A DNA stretch of 64,000 nucleotides. It comes from a virus. Its lineage: Duplodnaviria; Caudoviricetes. Under the pieces are notes generated by a model. It did no database searches. It worked only from the letters and a program-made list of their open reading frames with translations, and was not told the DNA's origin. The DNA lies in IMG/VR virus record IMGVR_UViG_3300012936_000009, positions 127 to 64,126 of that record; one strand, 5' to 3'. Positions 27,438 through 37,000 of the stretch are shown here, piece after piece. Position 1 is the stretch's first letter; each line of letters opens with the position of its first letter. Both the position numbers and the translations under genes were made by a program.

Positions 27438-28416
27438 TTAAGTTCCACCACTTGATAGTATTATCAAGTCCTTCTTCTAAAGAAACCTTAGAACTAAAAC
27501 CTAAAACCGCAGTTGATTTTTCTGTATCTGCTTTAGTATCGCGGACATCTCCTTTGCGAGCTGGAGCTTGATTGACATCAAAACTAAATCTTTCTCTAAG
27601 GATTTCTAAAATTTGATTGTTACTATAACTCTCTCCGGTGCCGATATTAAAAACGTCTCCTGAAAACTTCTCTTTGCTTAAAGCTGACAAGATGTTAGCT
27701 TCTACAACATCATCAATATAAACCATGTCTCGAGTTTGTTCTCCATCTCCGTCGCTCCTCAGTGGAAGAGACTTAGAAAGTTTGTCCATCCAAGCGGATA
27801 TTGCTGTTGAATATGGGCTATCCCCTAACTGACCTGGGCCGTAAACATTAAAATATCTCAAACAAACGCTATCTAAGCTGTAGAGTTTAGAATAAAGAGA
27901 ACAGTAATCTTCAACAACTTTTTTCTGTAATGCGTAAGGAGAGGAAGGAGATATATCTCCTGATTCTACAGAAGGAAAATTGCCGACTGGATCTCCGTAT
28001 ATAGCTGAAGAGCTGCTAAAAATAAACCTTTGAACGCTATCTATACAAGAAGTCATAAGGATTATAGTTTTAGTAACGTTCTGTTCTGTAGTTTTAATAG
28101 GGTTATTTACCGAATATTCTACGCGAGGCCAAGCAGCAAGATGAAAAACTAAATCATATTTCTTTTCAGCAATTCTAGATAAAACTTGCGGAGATGCAAA
28201 GTCTCCCGTTATGACTAAAGTCTTTTCACTATCTTGCAAAGAATCGTAATTAGGAAGTAATTCAGAGGTTACTACCCTCATATCGATACCGGACAAATTA
28301 CCAATATCCCCGTTAGATAAATCGTCTACAACCTCTACTTCCCAGCCTAAACTGACCAATCTCCTTGTTAAGTTCGAACCGATAAAGCCGCATCCTCCTG
28401 TAACTAAAGCTCTCAC
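27427..28416 (-). CDS. NAD-dependent NDP-sugar epimerase/dehydratase
   Basis: TGGCGFIG, HLAA, SSSAIYG, YALQK (YxxxK), RYFNVYGP, QTRDMVYIDDVV. Confidence 0.9.
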   Translation of the reverse strand: MRALVTGGCGFIGSNLTRRLVSLGWEVEVVDDLSNGDIGNLSGIDMRVVTSELLPNYDSLQDSEKTLVITGDFASPQVLSRIAEKKYDLVFHLAAWPRVEYSVNNPIKTTEQNVTKTIILMTSCIDSVQRFIFSSSSAIYGDPVGNFPSVESGDISPSSPYALQKKVVEDYCSLYSKLYSLDSVCLRYFNVYGPGQLGDSPYSTAISAWMDKLSKSLPLRSDGDGEQTRDMVYIDDVVEANILSALSKEKFSGDVFNIGTGESYSNNQILEILRERFSFDVNQAPARKGDVRDTKADTEKSTAVLGFSSKVSLEEGLDNTIKWWNLNAN

Positions 28417-29570
28417 AATTCCTCCGAAACTTGTTTTATGTTATCTTGCTTAAAATTGGTAAAACCAGAATCATCAAGTTCTCCGTTTAAATACTTTATT
28501 ACCTCTAAAGTCATATCCCTCGCTGTACAAGTCGGGACGTTTTGAGCTACGTCATTTAATCTTTTTGTCTGCAGATCGAAATCAGATGGTAGCCCCATAA
28601 GGTGCATAATTTCCCGGTGGCTCATACCTCTCGGTTGAGTTGGGTGCATAATCATCTGTAGAGTTCTACCCACTATCGCGTTAGTACACTCTTTATAGAA
28701 AGCTGGAGAATGATCGAGAAAACTTTTCCCTATAGAAAGCTTGTTTTTTATGTGTTCAAACTTTCTGACTTCTTTGTGATCTGGGTTTTTTTCTTTAAGC
28801 CAATGCAAACAATCATCAATTAGTTCATTTCTAACGATAAATTGATGAACTGAATGAGCAGGACCATTTCCGAATCTATCGATAAATCCAGCGTGATCTG
28901 TCTGGTATTTTTCTAGCAAAAAATTGTAAGAAGGAAACTTAGAAGATATAGATTCTAAGTTATAGACGTCTTGCTGATTAGATTCGTTCGGAATCTGATC
29001 TAAATACTCGAGTAAGTTCTTTCTCTCTCTGTCATAGAAGTTCATTACCGGGGCTGTTTCTGAATCCCAGAAAAAATAAAAAGTCCTCAAACGCTTTTGT
29101 GGAATTCCATGTTTGAAGGTTGAAGTCTTGTATATAGAAAAAGAATAACCGTTTTTAGCTGCTATTTCTGAGAGTTGTTCTCTAACATATTGCCCAGACT
29201 TCGTGTACAAGGCTGGAGCGTTTTCTCCCCAATAAACTCTTGGTCTTATGTTTTCTAAAACAATCTTAGAAGTTTTCATCATCCAAGCGTTTTTGCTGTT
29301 CCTAGTTTCCTGATCTTGGCTTGTGTTTAACTGGCTTAGCCCAGCGCAAGGACATACAGAATTTACGAAATCTAGATTTTCTTCAGGAAGAATACTTTCA
29401 TCTAAATCTATCCTCTCAACATCAGGCCAATAGTTGGTAAGGTGATTTTCGTTCTGTTCAAAAGCCTTAAAGCTTAAGTGGAATTTTGGTTTATTTTTAG
29501 TCGCCTGGCTGCAACCTATCGCAGATCCTCCTATCAAAGGAATCATCGTTGCCCAAGAAATGTCACTCAT
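28413..29570 (-). CDS. Divergent DNA cytosine-C5 methyltransferase-like protein
   Basis: Motif IV VCPCAGLS, motif VI GENAP, motif VIII HGIPQKRLR, motif X AQNVP; motif I degenerate (IPLIGG). Confidence 0.7.
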   Translation of the reverse strand: MSDISWATMIPLIGGSAIGCSQATKNKPKFHLSFKAFEQNENHLTNYWPDVERIDLDESILPEENLDFVNSVCPCAGLSQLNTSQDQETRNSKNAWMMKTSKIVLENIRPRVYWGENAPALYTKSGQYVREQLSEIAAKNGYSFSIYKTSTFKHGIPQKRLRTFYFFWDSETAPVMNFYDRERKNLLEYLDQIPNESNQQDVYNLESISSKFPSYNFLLEKYQTDHAGFIDRFGNGPAHSVHQFIVRNELIDDCLHWLKEKNPDHKEVRKFEHIKNKLSIGKSFLDHSPAFYKECTNAIVGRTLQMIMHPTQPRGMSHREIMHLMGLPSDFDLQTKRLNDVAQNVPTCTARDMTLEVIKYLNGELDDSGFTNFKQDNIKQVSEEL

Positions 29571-30964
29571 TTTTTTCTCCTAGTCTTTTTAACTTTGTAA
29601 CAAGAAAATTCGCGGCGGGCTTTCTTCTCGAAAAAACATAAAGACTGATTAGTAACCTGCTTTATTCCAACAGCCGGAATTTTACCTTGCTCTCTAATTT
29701 CCAGATAATCTCCAAAAGCTTTATCGCTCTGAAATAAATGAGACATTAAATCTTTATCGTTAGAAAACTTATTACAATCTTTACCAGTAGCCATGATGTA
29801 GTTAAACATTTCTGGCAAAACGTTGTCTGCGTTAAATTCTCTATCTATAAAATTAAAACTAGAATCCCTGTAGAGTTTTTGTTCTGAAGGGCTGTTAGCT
29901 ATTTCTATGAGTTTATCAGCAGTTTCCCCTAAATCTTCCCTTGAAGACCAAACAGCGAGGTAGTCATTATCAATATATCTGTTTCCATTAGAGTCAAAAT
30001 TATGTTCTCCATAATGCTTGTCAAAGACGGGAATAGTTCCGCAACCAATTATTTCAATCTGCGTATACTCCATTCTGTCTCCGTAGTTATGGGGTTCTTT
30101 TGGAAGTCTGTAAAAAGAACAAGCAAACAAAGATTTAGATATCAACTCCATACCTTCTGCATAGTTGTAAGGTCCAAAAGTCGGAACTCCATCTACGTTC
30201 CAGTCGTATCCATTAAAATTTAAGTCATACACAGAATTAGGGTGATCTATAATGTCGTACTTAGCACCAATAGATCTTTCAATCCCGTGAAGAGCAAGCT
30301 TAAAAGCTGGGTCTTTCTCTTTCATAGTCGGGTACAGATCTAGAACTCGACGAGGATCTTTCATTGAAGTCCATCGACCAACATACATTAACTTCCGTTC
30401 TTTATCGCTTAAACTATATACATCTCTGTAATTTTTCTTAAGCTCAGTTAGATCAATCCACATCTTAAAACGCTTAGTTCTCTCTCCCAAAACCTTGGAT
30501 GGAAAATAAGAAGAAAACTCACTAGAGAAGAATGTCTTTTCCGAGAAGTTGTATACAATATCACAATAATTTAAAATTGGCAAAATCATTGGAATAGCAT
30601 CAATATTAGCCTTCTTAATTTCATGCATCATTCCAACTAAAACAGGTTTGTCTATTTTTTTAACCAAATTTTCATAAAAAGCAATAATAGCAGCCGGATC
30701 GTGCTTTGAAGAAGGGTAAGAATTAAGGATTACAATGTCATAGTTGCTATTGAGTTTCTCAACTAGAGAAGGGATCTCTGTGTGCTTGAACTCAATTGGA
30801 TCTATCGGCATAGAGTGTCCTTTTGCTCGAGCGAAACTTCTTCCTTTCATAGAATAAACATGAAACTGAACGTTGTTCCTTTGAGCCCATGTAGCTATCT
30901 CTACTGCCCCTCTCTGAACTCCGCAGCCATCTAGTCCCTTACCAAAAATCATCGCAATCTTCAT
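29567..30964 (-). CDS. agt: DNA alpha-glucosyltransferase homolog (T4 AGT family, GT-B)
   Basis: GKGLDGCGV, LNSYP, VGRWTSMK, GIERS, MEYTQIEIIGCGTIPVF parallel T4 AGT (GLEGCGV, INSVP, IGRTTTWK, GLERS, LEYTHLELGACGTIPVF). Confidence 0.8.
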   Translation of the reverse strand: MKIAMIFGKGLDGCGVQRGAVEIATWAQRNNVQFHVYSMKGRSFARAKGHSMPIDPIEFKHTEIPSLVEKLNSNYDIVILNSYPSSKHDPAAIIAFYENLVKKIDKPVLVGMMHEIKKANIDAIPMILPILNYCDIVYNFSEKTFFSSEFSSYFPSKVLGERTKRFKMWIDLTELKKNYRDVYSLSDKERKLMYVGRWTSMKDPRRVLDLYPTMKEKDPAFKLALHGIERSIGAKYDIIDHPNSVYDLNFNGYDWNVDGVPTFGPYNYAEGMELISKSLFACSFYRLPKEPHNYGDRMEYTQIEIIGCGTIPVFDKHYGEHNFDSNGNRYIDNDYLAVWSSREDLGETADKLIEIANSPSEQKLYRDSSFNFIDREFNADNVLPEMFNYIMATGKDCNKFSNDKDLMSHLFQSDKAFGDYLEIREQGKIPAVGIKQVTNQSLCFFEKKARREFSCYKVKKTRRKK

Positions 30965-31416
30965 TTATTTTTTCCTCCTGCTTCCAGCACTCTTTCCCTT
31001 AGTTGCGTAGTAGAAAAAGAATGTCTTCTCTTATTGTAATGAATAGGACATAGTCCTACGCCTGTGTGGTCAGTACCCTTGTACTCTTCGCCAACAATGC
31101 GGATATCTGGATTTATAGTTAAAATCAAATCAACCAAGTCTTGCTCAGATCCGAATGGAATAATTTCATCAACATATTTGCAAGCTGCTAACTGAAGATA
31201 TCTTTCCATGACGCTCTGGACTGGTTTATTCTTAGTATCTGGGCGATCTATAGTTGGATCAGTTAAGAGTCCAACCACCAGATAATCGCAAAGAGATTTG
31301 CTCTCCTGTAACATTACCACATGTCCAGCGTGGAAAAGATCGAAAGTAGAACAAGTAAAACCCACTACTGGATCTTTACCGATTTCGTTGGCCAACTTCT
31401 TCTTATCTAAAAACAA
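30961..31416 (-). CDS. HxGH cytidylyltransferase (TagD / glycerol-3-phosphate cytidylyltransferase-like)
   Basis: STFDLFHAGH, DYLVVGL, KYVDEII, FSTTQLR. Confidence 0.85.
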   Translation of the reverse strand: MFLDKKKLANEIGKDPVVGFTCSTFDLFHAGHVVMLQESKSLCDYLVVGLLTDPTIDRPDTKNKPVQSVMERYLQLAACKYVDEIIPFGSEQDLVDLILTINPDIRIVGEEYKGTDHTGVGLCPIHYNKRRHSFSTTQLRERVLEAGGKNK

Positions 31417-32491
31417 CTCTTACTTCCCTAAAAATGTCTTGTATTCTTTTTCTCACGATAGGCTTTTGATCTTCATTCTTATACTTTAACATTCTGATAT
31501 AGTGGATCATTTCACAAAGCAAAAAATATCTTGAAAAATTGCCTCTAAACTTAGTTTCTAGATACGCGAAAAGCCTTTCCTTATCAACCTTACTTTCAAA
31601 TCCCGAAAAGTTTTCTTCGTAAGAATAGTGAAGAGACTGATAAATTTTTCCAATGTCCATGACCCAAGAGCTGTAAATATTATCCGGACAGTTAGGGTCA
31701 ATTAGATATACCTTGTCGTCTCTAACAATGCAGTTTTCAAAAGTAAGATCACCGTGAGAAAAGCTAGCTTGACTTTCCATAAAATCTCTAACTTGTTTGC
31801 TTTCTAGGAGGCTTATAATCTCTCTTTCATTTTTTACGGCATTAAGAGACATGTGATCTTTAACTCTGTCGACCATTGTTTGCCAGTTACTATTCGGAAC
31901 TCTGATGTCACTAAAGCGAGCTAACAAATCGACTAGATAATCTATATGTTCCTCATTACAAACTTCGTTCAAACTTTTGCCGTTTAAATACTCCATGTCT
32001 AAGGTGTCACCGTAGTAAGTATTGATTTCTGGTACGTGGCAAAGGCTCGCTGCTGAGCTATACCATCTAAATTGCTCGCGAGCATTTTTAGCTTTCTTTA
32101 TAATTCTGTTTCCTACTTTTTCTACAGAACCCCCAGAACCTCCCTTAAGGACTTCATAATCCAAACTCATAAATTCTTCTGGGCGCATTGCTTTGTCGTC
32201 TATATAATAGACTCCAATAGGTTTTCCAAAAATGAGTTCGTGATACTTAACGCCATGTTTATCCATCCAAGATTCTAATACAGGGCGCCTAAGTTGATTA
32301 ATCAACTCTAAGTCTCCGTTACAAGACACTTGACCGCGCGCGGTGAAATATATGATCTTCCACCCAGATTCGTACATTTTATTAAGCTTGCTAATGATCT
32401 TAGTATGGGGAATAGCGTTTTCGTAATCACGGTTGATGTGAGTTGATATCGTATCATCAACATCTACGACTAAAGTCCTAGTTTCTACCAT
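31403..32491 (-). CDS. HAD phosphatase (capsule-biosynthesis type) fused to an APH/choline-kinase-like phosphotransferase
   Basis: DVDDT, FTARG, GKP..YYIDDK; then GGSG, MEYL, HGDLTFEN, LIDP. Confidence 0.8.
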   Translation of the reverse strand: MVETRTLVVDVDDTISTHINRDYENAIPHTKIISKLNKMYESGWKIIYFTARGQVSCNGDLELINQLRRPVLESWMDKHGVKYHELIFGKPIGVYYIDDKAMRPEEFMSLDYEVLKGGSGGSVEKVGNRIIKKAKNAREQFRWYSSAASLCHVPEINTYYGDTLDMEYLNGKSLNEVCNEEHIDYLVDLLARFSDIRVPNSNWQTMVDRVKDHMSLNAVKNEREIISLLESKQVRDFMESQASFSHGDLTFENCIVRDDKVYLIDPNCPDNIYSSWVMDIGKIYQSLHYSYEENFSGFESKVDKERLFAYLETKFRGNFSRYFLLCEMIHYIRMLKYKNEDQKPIVRKRIQDIFREVRVVFR

Positions 32492-32925
32492 TACTTAGTA
32501 CCCGTACTTCCAAAACCGCCAGAACCTCTTTCAGTGGTTTCCTCAAAGAGGGTACCCTCTTCAACAACGTCTATAGTCTCGTAAGCGACTGGAACTAAAA
32601 CGAACTGAATTATCTTTTCTCCAGGTTCTAAGTGAACAGTTTCATTGCCTACATTTGTTAAGTTGATGTGAATCTCTCCCTGATAATCTTCATCTACTAC
32701 GCAAGCCCCAACATGCAAACTCTTCTTTACAGCCACTCCACTTTTGTTAAAAGCCACCAGCGCATGATTTTCCGGTACATTCGCTTTAATGCCGCTAGGA
32801 ATTAAACAAGACTTTCCCGGACCAAGAGTCTCGTGAATTCCGCTAGGAATAAAAAAATCAATCCCAGCACTCAAGGGAGTTCCCCTAGTTGGAGTTTTTA
32901 CTTCTCTTACTTTACTAATTTTCAT
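32491..32925 (-). CDS. dut: Trimeric dUTPase
   Basis: SAGIDF, KSG, VVDEDYQGEI, ERGSGGFGSTG. Confidence 0.9.
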   Translation of the reverse strand: MKISKVREVKTPTRGTPLSAGIDFFIPSGIHETLGPGKSCLIPSGIKANVPENHALVAFNKSGVAVKKSLHVGACVVDEDYQGEIHINLTNVGNETVHLEPGEKIIQFVLVPVAYETIDVVEEGTLFEETTERGSGGFGSTGTK

Positions 32926-33202
32926 CTTTAACCTCTTCTATAAAATTTTGCCAAGCACCTAAATAAGCAACTGCGTCAAGCAGGTTGTCCTCTTTAAAGT
33001 TATAAGACTGGCGACTTAACTTAAGAGCAACCAAAGCGATATACATATCATGAGCATTAACGTCTTTTCCCGACATTCCTGAGGCTATTTTTGCTGCTCT
33101 CTTCATTCCTTCGCTGAAGGGGCCGTATTCACGCTCTTTTTCTTCAGACCTTTTATTGACAATCTCATTAGCTCTTTCTAAAATGCTATCGTTTTTCAAC
33201 AT
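32915..33202 (-). CDS. DUF6378-like all-alpha protein (possible dNTP pyrophosphatase)
   Basis: ILERANEIV..R...YGP...LKLSR.....DNLLDAVAY pattern. Confidence 0.55.
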   Translation of the reverse strand: MLKNDSILERANEIVNKRSEEKEREYGPFSEGMKRAAKIASGMSGKDVNAHDMYIALVALKLSRQSYNFKEDNLLDAVAYLGAWQNFIEEVKDEN

Positions 33203-34022
33203 CTAAAATCTCCTCAGTACAGTTATCAACGTAACCGTAAATTTCTTCCTTTTCTAATTCATAAGAAGGAAAAGAAAATTTTCTATCAATTAAATTCCAA
33301 TCTACATCCTTACTCAAAATACAAGTTTCTTCAGAAATGTCAATAGGAAAATCAGAATTACTGATTTTTTCTATCATTGGAAAATGCTTTTCATATACAT
33401 GCAAACTTCCGGCATGGTGAAAGTAACTACCAAGCTCAAGATCTAACCCTATGCTATTTAGTTCATTAAGCATGAGTTGCTGAAATAGAGAAAAAGTAAA
33501 AACATCATTACACAGACCGTAAACTAGATCATTAGACCTCATGTTTACTCCTAGGTGAAGTTTATTGTCTCTTACGAAAAACTGTATGTAGTGAGTACAT
33601 GGATAATCACTTGAGTTCTTGAACTTGTGGTGAGGCTGGTTGATTACAAAAGTTGCTCTTCTTGTATCTCTGTCTTTAATAATCTCGTTCTTAACCCAGT
33701 TCCATTGTGGCTTTAGGTAAACTCCATAGTTAGATTCTACTTCACAAAACTCATCTGAAATCATTCTCCAAATTTGAGCTAATTTTCCGATATTGAGAGC
33801 AAGAGGGTTGGCAGACAAATACCAGAGCCATTCAGCCAAAGCATACTTTTTGTTAAATTTCCTGCTGGGTATTGTAATGTTTACTCGAGTTGGATCAGAA
33901 AGTTCAAAGCTTTCAAAAATAATCTCTTTCTGCTTTGAGTTTCGAGCTTGGACCTCAGGAGCATCCAAAAGTAAGCAACTGTAATGTTGCAATAATTTAT
34001 TCATTGATTCAAATTTACGCAT
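33186..34022 (-). CDS. Thymidylate-synthase-fold enzyme, dCMP hydroxymethylase-like
   Basis: SNYG, TRRA, DYPCT, MRSNDLVYGLCND, HAGSLHVYE; Asp at the specificity position as in T4 gp42 (MRSNDVVFGFRND) rather than the Asn of thymidylate synthase. Confidence 0.75.
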   Translation of the reverse strand: MRKFESMNKLLQHYSCLLLDAPEVQARNSKQKEIIFESFELSDPTRVNITIPSRKFNKKYALAEWLWYLSANPLALNIGKLAQIWRMISDEFCEVESNYGVYLKPQWNWVKNEIIKDRDTRRATFVINQPHHKFKNSSDYPCTHYIQFFVRDNKLHLGVNMRSNDLVYGLCNDVFTFSLFQQLMLNELNSIGLDLELGSYFHHAGSLHVYEKHFPMIEKISNSDFPIDISEETCILSKDVDWNLIDRKFSFPSYELEKEEIYGYVDNCTEEILDVEKR

Positions 34023-34027
34023 ATTAT

Positions 34028-34056
34028 ATTATACCTCAAAAACTTTGATTTTTCTA
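34028..34056 (-). promoter_or_regulatory. Sigma70-type promoter for the modification cluster (leaderless)
   Basis: TAGAAA-17nt-TATAAT, 5 nt before ATG 34022, no SD. Confidence 0.5.
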
Positions 34057-37000
34057 AATTGAGTTGAAAAACCGAAATCAGACTTATCTAGCTCGGCAAC
34101 GCAAAGAGAGTATGGGTTAAGAACTGAATCCTCTCTTGTTCCCCAACAGAATATTCTATTCTTTTCTCCGTTAGAGCCAATTGCCTCAAGCAAAAAGTAG
34201 GGTTTTCCATTTTTAGTTTTCTTTTTCATAACCTTTACAACAACTAGCCAGTAAAGATTTTTAGCACTCCACTCCTCCATCGGAAGAATAGAAAGTTCTT
34301 CAAACCTATCTGATAACTTGCTTGGAATTACATTAGCAACGTTTATAGTTCCGAGCAAAGATTCTTCAAACTCCATGTTATCTTTAATGTTCCAATCATC
34401 ATTAGGATAACTGAGTGTTAGTTCACTTAGGTTATCTCGACCTTGAAAAGGGTTTTTCTTAGTACTCTTTCTAAGCATGCTCCAATTTTCACTTACACAA
34501 TCATAAAATTGCTTGTAAGATTCGAAATAGCTTTGCCAGTCTAGAGAATCAAGAGCTCTAATTTTCAAAAGAGATTCAAGAGTTTTCTTATTTAACTTCG
34601 AATGTTTCCACTTTCCGTCTTCGTTCCAAAAAAGATCATCGATACTTTGATAAGGGCGATTGGCCAAGATTTCCTCTATAGCCGCCTCGCCGATACCTTT
34701 GCAAGAGAAGAAAGACGGCATCAAAACCTTTTCGCTTACTGGAGTCCAGTTCTTACCAGCCTTGTTGATGTCAATCTTAGTAGTCGTATATCCCATCTTT
34801 TTAACTTCACTTAAAGCTTTCGAAAGTTTATTAGGATTAGATGAAACAGCTTCAAGATATGCAGTTACCCACTCAGTCTCGTAGTAAGTCATAAGCCAAG
34901 CGCAGTAATAAGAATTGATAGCGTAAGAAACCGCATGTGACTTATTGAAACCATAACCAGCAAAATAAAGAATCTTTTCGTAAAGATCTTCAGCAATATG
35001 CTTTTGTACTCCGTTAGCAATAGAGCCAGAAATAAACTTTTCTTGCAAAGCCTTTGCTTTTTCAATATTTTCGTTTCCAGAACCAACTGGCTTCATCATC
35101 TTTCGCATCGCGTTGCATTCATCTTTAGGAATACCAGCAACTACGTGACACAAGTTCATTACTTGCTCTTGAAAGATAATGCAACCGTAAGTCTCTTTCA
35201 AACATTCTTCAATCAAAGGGTGGCCATACACAACGCTTTCAGGATTCTTTTTAGCGCCAATATAAAGCTTGTCAACTTTTGCGCTTAGAGGGCCAGGACG
35301 ATATATAGAAGTCAAAGTTGCAATATCAACTATTGATTCTGGTTTTGCACGCTTAAACAAGGCCTGAGCACCTCTCTGTGTACATTGAAATATAGCGGCC
35401 CATTTACCAGCATGATAAACGTTTTTATAAACTTTTTGATCATCGAAGTCAATAGTGTTAGTAGACATGTTAGAATCAAACCAATCTTTAACTTGACTAA
35501 ATTCTGGATTTTCAACTCCTTGGCCCTGAAGAATTAACCTAATAGTTTGTTCAATAATTCTTAAAGTTTCTAGACCTAGCAAATCAAACTTGATCCAACC
35601 AAAACTCTCTAGATGCTTGTAGTTCATACCTTCAACCCAGGGAGTTTGAGCTTCTCCACGAGCTAAAATTAGTGGCATACGTTCAGCAATTTTTTCAGAA
35701 ACTATTACACCGCCTGCATGACGACCGAGAGCCTTGTTTTGTTTAAATAGAACCTTTAGAGGATCAAGTATTTCTGGGTATTTTTCTAAATAGTTACGTA
35801 AGGATTCCGAATATTTTAGAGCTTCGTCAATATGAATGTCAAAAGAATCTTCAGACTCAGCATCGTTCTTGCGGCCGCGTTTTACATCGACTTCTAGAGG
35901 AGCTAGCGCCTTGTTAGCTTCTTCGAAAGGAACTCTGTAAAATCTCGAAACGTCCTTAACTAAAGACTTCAGTTTAAAAGTATTGTAATTAGAAATAGGA
36001 ATAACATTCAAGTCGCCAAAATTTTCTCGAAGCAAAGATATTAACTCATCTCTATCTCCAACATCAGAATCAATATCTGGCATCTCATTGCGCTCCGGAG
36101 AAAGAAACCTTTCGAAAAGCAAACCATTAGAAACTGGATCAACGTCAGTAATACCTAAAACGTAGTTGACTAAACTACCAGCACCTGAGCCGCGGCCTGG
36201 TCCGATAAGCATCTTCTCTCTCGCAATATCAAGAATAGCTTTCATGGTGATAAAGTATTCCGAGAAATTTTTACTCTTTATAACTTTAAATTCTGTGCGA
36301 AGCCTATCAATATAAACAGGATCTTCGTGAAGACCACGTTCAACTAAGCCTTTCTTGCAAAAATCTAAAAGAGCCTGGTTAGCTGTCTTGCCTTTAGGAA
36401 TTACGTAAGAAGGAAGCTTCATAGAGCGATCCGGGTGGATTTCCCCAATCTCTTCATGAACTACAGAGTGAGTTCTTTCAATAGCATCAAAAACTTTTTG
36501 ATCATCGTAAAAAGACATGCCTTTAGTTGTCTCTTTATAAGAATTCCATACTTGCTCTGCGTTCTTTGGGTAAAGCTCACAAGATAAATCTTCCCTAGAT
36601 TTAGGCAAAGAATCAGGATCGAAATCTTTGAAATTTAGCCAACCTAATTTTTTGTATATCTCTCTTTCTCTCCAATGTTCGGGATGAGCGTAATGAGAAT
36701 CGCAAGTTACAACTAGCTGATCGGTCAAGTTATGCTCATTAGCAAACTCAATAATAGCCCTGTTGACTAGATGCTGAGCTGGCAACTTGTTAAATTGCAA
36801 CTCTAGCATGAGGTTTTTGATCCCTACAGCGTCAGAGAGAGCATCATAAGAATTAGATATACCATTTTGAACCTTTCTCATAAGAGAAGGATCGTCTAAA
36901 AGATTCTGATTTAAATCATTAAATTCAACTTCTTGTAAATGCTTAAAAACTTCATAACTAAGAGGACCTCCTAAGCAAGCAGTCGAAATCATAATATGAT

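Noticed and set aside
33186-34022. Plain thymidylate synthase (thyA)
   Set aside because: The specificity residue is Asp (GLCND) rather than Asn, and the gene lies with an AGT homolog; a dCMP-modifying role fits better, though it is not proven.
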